DNA of 64,000 bases from Octopus sinensis (lineage: Eukaryota): the NCBI RefSeq assembly GCF_006345805.1, contig NC_042999.1, forward strand, positions 118,296,001-118,360,000, in the 5' to 3' direction. This document shows, in pieces, positions 13,411 through 25,044 of this stretch. The notes beneath the pieces were generated by a model that had not been told where the DNA came from, ran no database searches, and saw nothing but the letters and a program-made list of their open reading frames with translations. The first letter of the stretch is position 1. The number at the start of each line of letters is the position of its first letter. Position numbers and translations under genes: made by a program.

Positions 13411-13552
13411 TAACTGTTTTTATTTTTCTTGTTGCTGTAGTGGTTGTTTTTGCAACTCCTGTGGCTGTTGCTTCATTAACTGAAATATAAAAGCTAATAG
13501 GTCTTCCATAATTAACAACTTTGTATCATAAAAATTTGTTAACTGACCTGCG

Positions 13553-13575
13553 TGAGCTTCGAATCCTTAACGCCA
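13553..13575 (-). promoter_or_regulatory. Primer-binding-site-like sequence of the LTR element
   Basis: Minus strand tggcgttaaggattcgaagctca starts 4 nt inside the 5' LTR. The plus strand reads like a tRNA 3' end (ttcgaatcc...cgcca). The cognate tRNA was not assigned. Confidence 0.6.
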
Positions 13576-13579
13576 ATAT

Positions 13580-13834
13580 TGTTGTATCACCAGTTGTTAT
13601 GACGATACCTTTTTTACACTATAATCGTGCAGTAGTAATAAACATATAACGAAGCAGGGTAACAACAATGTGACAATCCAAAAACTCTCCACGAATTATA
13701 GACGAAGCAACAAACGATATTCCGACTTCCTGTGATTAACGTATAGCCTCTCCTTATCTCACTTAGATCACTACATTTTATAGTCGTTGGGTCAGTCACT
13801 TCCCGCAGGTGGTATCGTGACTCTCACCACAAAA
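13580..13834 (-). repeat. 5' LTR (~255 bp)
   Basis: Plus strand tgttgtatcacc...ctctcaccacaaaa; homologous to 10361-10608. Confidence 0.9.
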
Positions 13835-14691
13835 AACATATTATTCAATTAGTTCTTCCCTTTATATAAAGAACAACCAGGGTGAGATCTAATGGCGATT
13901 TGGCTCTACTTCTAGCTATGCATTTGACAACAGTGACTTCCTTCATTTCAGAAAACTACTACTATGTCAGTCACCCAGTCCAAGAATTGAACTCACATCC
14001 TTATGTTCATGTGCCCAATGCGTGAAAACGGAGGTATATGAAGGTCATGAGTTCAGTCCTCGCCTGTGGCACATCTTTTTTCACAGTTGTGCTCCAGCAT
14101 AACCACAGCTGCATGGCTGAAACGAACAAAGGAAAAATTTATTTCAACACAAACTCATTTAAATAATGATACAATGCTAACAATCAAACTACAAGTTACT
14201 AGATTACCATTACATTATTTGTAGTCGTGCTGTATTATAATTACTGGCGAAGATGATGACAAGGAGAATCGTCGCAAAAGTAACAATAGTTTTGAAGTCA
14301 CTGCTATTGATAATGATGTTGATGCTGATGGCGACAACACTGTTGTTCTATATCGTTCCTGGTCAAGCATATTTAGATTGTAAACATCTTGTCTTATCAG
14401 AGATTGTTCATCTCAGACTAAAATATATTTTACTCTATTAATGATGTGGCATAATGATTAGGCTAGTATATTATTTGCAATTCCTAGCATGGTGACCCAC
14501 CATGTAGAGGTTACATCATTACTTCATTTGTACTCTTGTTGCCATTGCCATATATCACCAGTTCTGTCCCAATTCAGCAAGCATATCATCATAGACACTT
14601 ATTTGAGAACATCATGTGTTTATAAAGATTTATTGCATATAATTTAATTTACTGAACTTAGTTATATTTCCGTTAGGTTTTATATTTATAT

Positions 14692-14880
14692 ATATTCATA
14701 TGAAGAGCTTACTTTCAAAACCAGATATATGCATCGGAATGGCATTTGAGTAATTGAGGAAACAACAACTTAAATATATCTGGTTTTACTTGGAGACTAA
14801 GATTTGTCTATTATCTGTATGGAATCTATCCCAAATATGCGCTTAAACTGGTTTTGAAAGTAAGCTCCTCAATGCATATT
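14692..14880. mobile_element. MITE-like element
   Basis: Perfect 20-bp inverted repeat gagcttactttcaaaaccag at 14705-14724 / 14848-14867, extending imperfectly about 13 bp outward. Confidence 0.7.
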
Positions 14881-14961
14881 CCTTGTGCAGATTTGTTAGG
14901 AATACAAAATGGCAGATCGTTAGTAAGGAGAGTCACACAAAAAAAGAAAGAAGAAAGCAAT

Positions 14962-15006
14962 GGACCACTGATGAGGTCATAGAAGTGTGACGAAAGTACT
15001 CTGGCC
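14962..15006 (+). ncRNA. Minimal type I hammerhead ribozyme motif (canonical core)
   Basis: ggacca CTGATGA g gtca-tagaagtg-tgac GAAA gtact c tggcc. Helix I is cca/tgg plus gg/cc, helix II gtca/tgac, helix III the palindrome AGTACT, and the cleavage triplet CUC. Confidence 0.85.
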
Positions 15007-15110
15007 GAAATACAATTAATATAAAATAAAGCTGGAGCAAGTGAACATCAAATATATAGTGAGTGCGTTTTAATTGGCTAAACTGGCAACATGACCATTC
15101 CCAAGTACAA

Positions 15111-15144
<34 letters not shown>

Positions 15145-15183
15145 GTATGTGTGTGTGTGTGTTGTTGTTGTTTATTCCTTTTC

Positions 15184-15466
15184 GGGGCTTAGTGTTTGGC
15201 TTCGTGGTTAGGGCATTCTGCTCACGATCGTGAGGTCGTGAGTTAAATTCCCGGTGACGTGTTGAGTCCTTGAGCACGTCACTTATTTCACATTGCTCCA
15301 GTTCACTCACCTGGTAAAATGATTAGTACCTGTATTTCAAAAGGGCCAGCCTTGTCACATTCCATGTCATCCTGAAGTTCCTTGCGAACTACATTAAAGG
15401 TACGCATATCTGTGGTGTGCTCAGCCACTTGCACGTTAATTTTACGAGGAAGCTGTTCCGTTGATT

Positions 15467-15469
<3 letters not shown>
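15184..15469 (+). mobile_element. SINE family C (tRNA head plus central tcc/ttgagca..atttcacattgctccag domain), interrupted at its 3' end
   Basis: Matches the minus-strand copies at 24625 and 39924; breaks off at gttgattggat into (AT)n. Confidence 0.85.
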
Positions 15470-15504
<35 letters not shown>

Positions 15505-15548
15505 AAACAAGTAAAAAATAGAAAATGCTAAAATAATTTTATAGTGAA

Positions 15549-15596
15549 CATTTCAGTACCGGTTTCGGTCATTTTGAGACCTTTTCAACTGTAACG
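15549..15596 (-). ncRNA. Mirror copy of the U3-A8 hammerhead motif
   Basis: Exact reverse complement of 15848-15895. Confidence 0.75.
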
Positions 15597-15847
15597 ATTA
15601 AATAATTAAATTTAGAAAAATTAGAAGAAAAGTTTTCTTAAAAGAATATTTCTATAGTAGTGTTCAGATTTAAGTGGCATTCTGCCTTTCTCTGACTCCC
15701 TTGTTTGCACTTGTGTGTTCCTCGAACACACAAGTGCAAACAAGGGAGTCAGAGAAAGGCAGAATGCCACTTAAATCTGAACACTACTATAGAAATATTC
15801 TTTTAAGAAAACTTTTCTTCTAATTTTTCTAAATTTAATTATTTAAT

Positions 15848-15895
15848 CGTTACAGTTGAAAAGGTCTCAAAATGACCGAAACCGGTACTGAAATG
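15848..15895 (+). ncRNA. Minimal type I hammerhead ribozyme motif, U3-A8 variant
   Basis: cgttacag TTGAAAA ggtc-tcaaaat-gacc GAAA ccggt a ctgaaatg. Helix I has 7 of 8 pairs, helix II is 4 bp, helix III is the palindrome ACCGGT and the triplet is GUA. C3-G8 is replaced by the compensating U3-A8. Confidence 0.75.
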
Positions 15896-15977
15896 TTCAC
15901 TATAAAATTATTTTAGCATTTTCTATTTTTTACTTGTTTTTTCATATATATCAACTCGTGTGTTCCTTTTCACCCTT

Positions 15978-15982
<5 letters not shown>

Positions 15983-16051
<69 letters not shown>
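15983..16051. repeat. (TA)n microsatellite
   Basis: Directly visible; other TA tracts lie at 15112-15140 and 15469-15500. Confidence 0.97.
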
Positions 16052-16053
<2 letters not shown>

Positions 16054-16239
16054 TTATTTCAGTCATTTGACCCCCAGCAATGCTGGAGCATCACCTTTCG
16101 TCAAACAAATCGACCCCAGGACTTATTCTTTGTAAGCCTAGTACTTATTCAATCGGTCTGTTTTGCCGTAACCACTAGGCTATTGGGACTTAAACACATC
16201 AACATCGGTTGTCATGCGATGGTGGTGGGACAAACACAG

Positions 16240-16312
<73 letters not shown>

Positions 16313-16367
16313 CGACGGGCTTCTTTCAGTCTCGGTCTACCAAATCCACTCACAAGGCTTTGTTGGT
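16052..16367 (-). mobile_element. SINE family A lacking its tRNA head
   Basis: Body and tail match the 5300 copy; similarity stops at cacaaggctttgttggt. Confidence 0.88.
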
Positions 16368-17380
16368 GTGGATGGCTCCGATTCTGAAATTGTTGTAGCT
16401 AAGTCAGTTTCTGTACAATAGTTTGTGCCATGCATAAAAGGAGATTGTTGCTCTGCTGCAGACCTTATGACAGCATCCGGATACGGCTGGTTTTTGGGAG
16501 GAGTGCACATTGCATTAGCGTATTTTCATTTTAGTGTAGGAAATGCACGATTTTCCCCCTTTGGAGTCTTTGTTTATCCTTTGATCCCTTCGGATAGAAT
16601 TTTTCGTCTTACCTCATGTACCTGTAGCACGGTTTTTAATGTGGGAAACAGCAGTTTGTACCGTCATGTCCATGCCAGCAGACACTACTCAGGTAGAAAT
16701 TACACACTTGTGTGTGTTCTCTCTTCTTTCTATTTCTATTGTTTGAGGTATTTCTTGTCGCAAAGCTTGTTTCCTTTTTAATTATTAGTACCTTCATGTA
16801 TGAGCAGTCTAACTTATTTATTTTCTGGGTTATTTTTCTTGGGAGCTGCCTTTTGGTTTTTCTTTTTTATTTGTGTCGTAATCATCTTTTTGTTCCTGTT
16901 TGTGCTTCATTTTGTCGTCATTTTCGTTTCCTTTTTTTTAAGCCCTTTCGTCTCATTGGTAGTAATAAGGCCATTAGTGCTGGTGTCTGCTTCTTTGACA
17001 GATCCCTCACATGTGGTTTCAACTTTGTTCCATCGGGGGTCAGTAGAGCCAGGGGAATATCTCTCAATCACAATCAATATCTTCGTTCTTGGCGTCCTTT
17101 TGTGTTTATTTTCAAAGATGACGTGAAGAATGTTAATGTGTGGTCTGACGAGAGCACAGGATCGGATGTTTTCTTGTTTCTTTTGCTCTATCTGAGTTGT
17201 GGTCCTTGTGTAACCGCTTCTCTGTAGAACTACTGTTATTACGTTATTTGGGTTTGTCCCTTCCAATATTTGCCAGTCTCTCAAAAACAATTTCACTTCT
17301 GTACCCCTCCAGTTTTCGAGACATCTTTCGTGTGACTGCGGAGTGTGTTTCACCTGTATATATTTAGAGTGAGATGGAGA
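16368..17380 (-). mobile_element. LINE ORF1 remnant with tandem CCCH-type zinc fingers (CR1/L2-like, tentative clade)
   Basis: Minus frame at 16534-16710 reads VCNFYLSSVCWHGHDGTNCCFPH*KPCYRYMR*...GEN(R)AFLH, preceded by a long basic low-complexity frame (ORF 16907-17353). No ORF2 follows. Confidence 0.6.
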
Positions 17381-18523
17381 TAAGGAGAGAAAGAAAGAAA
17401 AAGAAGCTGTATAAATTTTTTGATCTACGAGTGGATTTACTTGTGCAAGGACAGAGAAGGGGGAGACAAAAGGAAAGGTTGTATAATTTGTGTCGATCTA
17501 TATGTGAATGGGTATTCCTGTATATGAAACGCTGAGAACGATCTATATATGAGTGTTTGAGTATATATCTATGGTCTTTCTACAGATATCTTTCCATTTA
17601 CACACATAGATCAACAGATAGAGGAAGAGAGAAAGAGAGAGTGTGTGTGTGTGACATGGAGAAAAAGAAAACATAAGTATTTAGATTTGACTGTTTATAT
17701 TTTAAGGAGACTCTGAGAAGAGAAATCGAGAGAAATTAAGCAATTAATTAAATGATTAATTATAATACGGAAACAGACAGCATCACAGATATACATCCCA
17801 GAGATATAAAACAAAGTTGTCAAGCAGTCTATGATTTCATCACGTTTCACAAATCTAGTGAAGTTGCAAAGTACAAATGCAAAAAAAACAACTTCGGCTA
17901 CGATATTGTGGTTTGTAAAAGTAAAATCCCCTTACCTTTAACTACAAATAATCTCTTCTAGAAGTCAGTACTTAAGTCCGCTCAAAATCATTTAGCAACT
18001 CAGTTTTCCTGAGAACTATGCTATCCTACACTTTGATTTCTTCGAGCCAAGTGTGCTTGATTTCAAGTAAGATATTCCAACACATGCAAGGATTTCGTTG
18101 GTTGAGCGAGAAACTTTTCTTTATATGTTGATAATTACAATCATTATATATCTTAATCTGATAATACAATCGATTTCTTACTTAACTGATGGCAATTTCT
18201 CAGATTTTTTTACAGGAGAGATAACTACACTTGCAAAAGGTTAGTCACCATATTCATATATATGAACGTTTTAATGTGTGGAACACATCCTTTAACAGAG
18301 CTTTTGTTGTACCTGGGAATATCAATTAGTGGATATTTTTGTGGCAATTTTGTGATATTTCTTATTTCACTGGTCGTCGTAATTATTGTAAAACAAAATG
18401 TTAACATAACCTTGGAAATTTAAAACTAACTTTGCAGAAATAAAAATGATTTTTTGAAATCAAAGCTTCTAATTGTTGATAATAATTTATGAACAGAATG
18501 AAGTTATAGTCCTTATTCATAAC

Positions 18524-18829
18524 CAGTGGCAGGTTGGGTCTAAAATTATTGGTTGCCAGGAGACTAAGGGAGCCTACCCATAACTACAAGGGGGCCCACT
18601 CGCAACTACACTGCTATAATTTAATTTTTCTTAAAAGTATTCTTTTCAACTGTCTACAAACACAGCCAGGCTGAAATAATTAATGCATTCTTCCAGGAGT
18701 GAATAAAAATTCTCAAACTTGAGGGGATGTGCCTCTTAGATTCTAACACGGACCCCCATATATGGATTCTAATGGCACAGTGGCCCACTTGCCATCGGGT
18801 AAGCTGGCAACCTGGCCAGTCTGCCACTG
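18524..18829. mobile_element. hAT-type MITE
   Basis: TIRs cagtggcaggttgg / ccagtctgccactg (12/14) and an 8-bp TSD ttcataac (18516-18523) / ctcataac (18830-18837). Confidence 0.85.
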
Positions 18830-21581
18830 CTCATAACTGAAGTAGCTTATTAACATATAAGATTTGTCATTGGATCATTACTACATTTATATTGCATTAA
18901 TCATATTTCTAAGTTATTAGTTCTAAATGAATACTCTGCAGGTGCTCAGGAAAATATTTTGCTAATTTACAATTTTTCTGAATTCTTATAAAATTATTGA
19001 TAGCCATTTTATTGCATTTATGACCTGTCTCGTTAATTTTGCAAGATATAAAAATGTTTGGTTCTCCTGTGGATTTAGCCATCTTTACTTTATCATATGG
19101 CAAATGGTGACTGGGGATAATTAAACACATTCAAAGAAATGATTGCTTGCTCACTTGTCTATAGTCAGTATATATGCATGGAATATAATGTGTGGAACTA
19201 TAAAGGTGAAAAACATCAATACTAGAAAAAAAATTCCATAAATCTGGGAGTAAAGAATGGACAAAATGGAAATTTATATGAGCAAACTTTATAAAATTAT
19301 ATCTTAGTAATCAAATGATGTAGATTAAGATGGGAATTTGAAGCAGATGGATTTGAAATTAGAAATGTTATCTGTTCTATGGGGATATATATTTAATTCT
19401 TTGTTAATTGTAGATCTAAAGAAATTGAAATAATGTTACAAGAGAAAAGCTTATTACTAGAAATGTATTTAGAATATTATTACTGAGAATTATTTTGAAA
19501 TACCAAGGTCAAACTATGTAATATGAAAGAATGAAATTTCTCTCAGGTTTATTACTTCAATTACAAAGCTAATACTTATGTCAGATTCAAAAGATAGTTG
19601 TTTTCATTTATTAATATGTTGCAAATATTAGTGCTATAATTTATTGGAGTCTGTAAAAGTTATTATTTTTATTATGAATAAATTAATGACTATAGATCAG
19701 GAGAACCCTTCCTAGCAGTTGAGATTAATGTAACTGATATGATGGCTCTGTTTTTAACTGTCTTCTCATATTTCACAACTTCAGACTATGGCTGCAACAA
19801 AAGGCATTAAGCTAATGTGATTCTGGGTTTAGACAAACAGATCATTTGCTGAGCTGAAATCTTCCCACTAAATGGTTTATGGAATGTTCTGGAACATTTT
19901 TCTTATGTTATATAAAAAGGCAGGCAAATCTAATAAATTACAGAGCTATATGATTCTACTGAAGATTATGTCTCTTTCTTTATGTGATTGATTCTCAATT
20001 ATTTTATCTTTGACATTAATAACAACTAAAGACACCACACAGTGTTATGTTGGTAAATCTGATGAAATGTCATTCTTATTTATTTAACTTTATCTCTCCA
20101 CTCTAATTATGATTCATTATAATGTTATATATCAGCATGTCACAGTAATCAAATGTTCTTTTATTTGTTAATTCTTAACAGTTGCTATTTATTCAACTGC
20201 TGTAAAAATTTACATATTATGTTCCTGGTTAAATAAAGAGAATGAAAAATTATACCCAGTTTAGTGTGATTTTGTGAATTAAACAAGTAGCACACATATG
20301 TTGTTCATTGCCAATTATTCATTAAGTACTTCATTACCACACTAAATGCTTTTGCAGAAAATCAAACACAGTAGGATTTATAAAGAGATGAATATCTAGT
20401 AAGGAAAGATTTTGCATAGATCATAACTATAGGAATGATGAGAAGTGGAGATGGCTACATGAAATGGATTCAGATATATAACACAGATTTGCTTATTCAG
20501 AGAAACAAAATCTGTGATAGAAGGGAAAGAAATAGTCTGGTGATTGCATTGGTGACTGAAATCTTCACCAATCCATTAGATACTATTTTGTTTAAGTGAA
20601 GTTTTGGATTATTTTTATGTAACAACCTTACTATTTCAGGCATGTGATACAAATGTTGTTCTGAAAATCCATCAATAACTGATCACAATTTAAATATTTT
20701 ATTGAGGAAACTTAGCTTTTTCACTGTGACATTGATTTCATTAGAAAAAGCTGATAGTAATTGTAAACTGTTCCATTTATATATTTTGCTCTATTTTCCT
20801 TTATATTAATGTTCTGCTCCTATAAATGACTAATGTAACAAAAATAATAGAAAAAATGCAATAATTTAAATTATGAGTAGAAATAAATTTGCTACTTAAG
20901 AATTTCAAAGCTTAAATTGGATATATTGATCAAATACTACTAAAAAGGGAAAATTAAGTTTAGGCCATAAAAATTCAATCTTTATGAAATAACTAATGTG
21001 AAATAGATATGTAGATTTTGTAAAAATATGAGATTTATAGATATGAATATTGCTACTGTAGGAATTGTGATGCAATTAATTTCATCTCTATATTTGTTTT
21101 CTTTCTTCATAATTATAATACTGTAACTTAAAATGTACTGATATTTATAGGTTAATAAAATTAACATATGTATAATTTCTATATTCTAAAAATACTGGGC
21201 ACAATAAAACCGAAGGTATATGACATAAAAATTTCTTCAAAGACTTGAGAAGTCATAAGAACTTACATTTAACTTTGAGCAGAAGTGACATGAATGCTAT
21301 TCTGAAAAGAATAGGAAGATTTTTTTTTCACATGAAATCCTCTGAAAAATCTGGTATCTATCATTAAGAGGTGAAGTGAAACATACAGTTACTGATTGTC
21401 TTATTTATGCAGATAACAAATGTAGATTTGAAACAGAGCTGTAGGTAAATAACACTCAGTCATATGTAAATTAAACCACAGATTTGATTGATTGGTTGAA
21501 ATTTTGAAATTGTGATTAGTGTTTAGCTTTAAGTCAGCCCTCATGAAGCTGATCTGTACTTAAAAGCAATCTGATGTTGAA

Positions 21582-21985
21582 TACTCTTACTCTTTTACTC
21601 TTTTACTTGTTTCAGTCATTTGACTGTGGCCATGCTGGAGCACCGCCTTTTTTTTTAGTCGAGCACATTGACCCCGGGACTTATTCTTTGTAAGCCCAGT
21701 ACTTATTCTATCGGTCTCTTTTGCCGAACCGCTAAGTGACGGGGACGTAAACACACCAGCATCGGTTGTCAAGCAATGCTAGGGAGACAAACACAGACAC
21801 ACAAACACACACATATACATATATATACGACAGGCTTCTTTCAGTTTCCGTCTTCCAAATCCACTCACAAGGCATTGGTCAGCCAGGGGCTATAGTAGAA
21901 GACACTTGCCCAAGATGCCACACAGTGGGACTGAACCGGGAACCATGTGGCTGGTTAGCAAGCTACTTACCACACAGCCACTCCA
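21582..21985 (-). mobile_element. SINE family A, young full-length copy
   Basis: Retains CpGs; (tactcttt) tail; head ends cacacagccactcc. Confidence 0.93.
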
Positions 21986-23609
21986 GCTCATATTACTCTC
22001 AGAAGCTATATATCCAAAACATCATCCAATGTGTGTTTTGTAGAAAATTTAGCTATGATTTTTTTTATATGTGATCTACAAGATAATTACTGAACTACAT
22101 ATGATCCTATATAATTACATGCAATAAATAAATCTCAGTTTGATATATGAACCTGTTCTATCACCATATGTTTCACATAGATTTCATAATGAAATTAATT
22201 TGAATTATCACACAAGTTCATTCATTGTCCATCACAAACTGTTCTTTATAAATAATTAAACCATGAAATACTCTGTCATAGATAAAGCCAATAGAATATA
22301 AGATCTACTGTTTATCACCTGAATGTTTTTAGAAGTTTGCTTTCATTTTCATTTATTGCATTTTATATGACATTAAATTACCTGGTGTTTAAGATACATA
22401 TAGACTGGGAAGATGTTACTTGAAGTTTAAAGCAAATCATATTTATCAACAAGTATGACAATCTTGTTTACGTACAACAGATTATTGATTTCTTTTGATT
22501 ATGTAAAATTAATATTTTCATGAAATCAAAAGTCTACTGAATTAATTCAGTACATGTACTTAAAAAAGCAGAAATAAAAGTGATATGCACATTGTTGCAC
22601 TGCTTAATTAGAGCCAGAAAAATATCTAATGTAATCAGTCACGATAACTTCAAATCTTGCTAAAGTGGATTTTGTCTTCCACCCTGTTGGTGTAGATAAA
22701 ATGGATGTTAATTGAGTAATAATCAACTAAGCTCATGCCTAAGATTTGTGGCCTTAGGAATATATGCTAGAAATCAATTATAGTTTTAACAGCTTGAGGC
22801 TGATGAGAACACAGTACAGGTAAATATAAGAATTTTGATTCATTACTACTGTTACTTCCAGAAGTGAATGATGCCCTACAAGTTGCTCAAATAAGACATG
22901 GATAGGTTAAATTGATATATTTTTGTATGTCTGACATGTAGTCTCTTTCTAAAAATTTTAATATTAGAATATTTTAGGAACAGTTTTTATGTGTTTTTAA
23001 GATCACTTTATAACCAATTAATGCTAATTTTGACCCAGTGTGTATGGTACCTTGATAAAAAAATAGGGAGGAAGATAGGTAATGTTATTATAGATGAAAA
23101 TTGGGGCAAAATTAAATATGAATTGATTTAGTGATCCCTTTTCACATGGTATGTGTTTATTACCTTATGTGCTCACATTCATTTTTACTGATTTTATCAT
23201 ACAAATAATCAAATTCTTAAAAACAATTATCCAAATTGGCAAAACTTATACTTTATATAGTTTATGGGGAAAAGGATTGTATATTATTGAAAGAAAAATC
23301 CATTGTTTGAGCTATAAAGGTGAGAAACCAAAATTGAACTTTAGACTGATTAACTTGGCAAAATATTGGTGGACAGCATTAAGGAAATATTTTAAGATCT
23401 TCCCAGGGACACTGTGAGGAGTGCATGTGCAGATTCCAGAGCTATCTTGAGGACATGGTGGAAGCTAAGGGCAACCGCTTTGGTAAACTGTTATCTCTTA
23501 GGTACAATTTAGTTGATATTCTTAAAACTTAAAAAGTACTTTTATCTTTGGATAGGAGGTTGTCCTTCCATTTCCTTCTATGAAATCTGTCAAATTAACC
23601 CTGCAGACC

Positions 23610-23745
23610 CTATATACATATGTATTCATCTGCGTGCACGCGCGTGTGTGTGTGTGTGTGTCTGTGTCTGAGTATTTGTGTATGTATATACATATGCATT
23701 TGTGTATGTGTGTGTGTATATATATATAAATTAGAAAAAAAAAAT

Positions 23746-23781
<36 letters not shown>

Positions 23782-23790
23782 CAACCCATG
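23610..23790. repeat. TG/TA/CA compound microsatellite
   Basis: Directly visible. Confidence 0.95.
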
Positions 23791-24624
23791 TGTGTGAAAT
23801 GAGTGTCCCGCAAGGAGACCTGGGTGAAATCTTTTATAGCACAGATTTGGCAATGATTTGTTCAAATATAACACTATTCTGTTATTGATTTTTTTCTATT
23901 CTTAACATATTTCATAATTATCATTTTCTCTACCTCATAATCCATTTATAATGAGAAGTAGAATATCAACTGACCTACTAGCCTTAGGAACTAGATGTCT
24001 GAGGAAATTTATTACTAGGTTATGGCAAAGTTCAAAAGAAATTATAGGTAAGCTTTTGGGAATGTTAGTAAATATTTGTCAGCAGTTCATTACAAATATA
24101 GATTATGAAGATAACAATATTGTTGATGAAACACTTATATCAGGTACGTCTAAGAGTAGGCTAGGAATAGATTTTAACCAGACTATATTACCTAAGATTT
24201 AGAAAAGCAAAATTCTGAGATGGTTGACATTTCTATTAACATTACATTAGCAATTTATTTTTACAAGATTTTGACAAGTTAATCAGATCAAAGTTATACC
24301 TATACAATATTTTTTTACACAGTTTCTGTTTATCAGAATATTTGTCAATATTAGATGTAAAATAAGGATGGTATATGTCCATGAGTGAGCAAATGAATGA
24401 CATGATGTTCCTTTTTAACGAGAAGGACTTTAGATAATGTGGAAGGAAGTTATGTGAGCTAATATCAAGATCCTAAACCTTATAAAGGAAATAAGAAAAG
24501 ATTGTGACAAATGGAGAGTTTCTGTCTTGAAACTGACCTACTAGATTATAACTTCATGAATAATTCAATGTAAAAGTGAATATGATTATAGACAATACAT
24601 TCATGAGTTTAATCTAATATATAA

Positions 24625-24910
24625 ACTGGTACTCCATTGCTTATGACAACGAGGGTTCCGGTTGATCTGACCAACCAAACAGCCTGCTTGTGAAGTCAAT
24701 GTGCAAGTGATTGAGCACTCCACAGACATGCGTTCCCTTAGTGTAGTTCTCAGGGAAATTCAGCATGACACAGAATATGACAAGACTGGCCCTTTGAATT
24801 GATTATTTGCAGCTGAGTGAACAGGAGTGAGGTGAAATAAAGTGTCTTGCTCAAAGACACAATGCACCACCGGAGGCATCGAACTGGCAACCTTAAAATT
24901 GAGCTGTAAA
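24625..24910 (-). mobile_element. SINE family C
   Basis: Reverse complement of the 15184 type (gagggttccggttgatc..tgcaagtg..gagcactcc..gaaataaagtgtcttgctca). Confidence 0.85.
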
Positions 24911-25044
24911 TACATGCTGACAATCATGATTCAGTTTATTCCATGTGGCTGGATAGTTGTAGGAGGAACCTTGTGTTTTAAGCACCTCTACTCTGTCAAT
25001 CAACAAATTTCCAAATGAACAAAGATTCCTCCATTTTTGTAAGC

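Larger units (their letters stand above)
10361..13834 (-). mobile_element. Ty3/Gypsy-type LTR retrotransposon, internally deleted and decayed
   Basis: Two related LTRs flank gag, protease and integrase remnants. PBS-like TGGCG follows the 5' LTR and the polypurine tract aaaagaggtga abuts the 3' LTR. Candidate 5-bp TSD aatac/aacat differs by two transitions. Confidence 0.93.
15493..15951. repeat. Perfect palindrome, 228-bp arms and 3-nt loop (ctc, 15721-15723)
   Basis: Checked block by block: 15501-15720 is the exact reverse complement of 15724-15943, plus 8 bp of (AT). Confidence 0.98.

Noticed and set aside
23951-24202. 83-aa ORF with natural-looking composition
   Set aside because: No recognisable motif or splice signals; compatible with chance or an unidentifiable TE relic.
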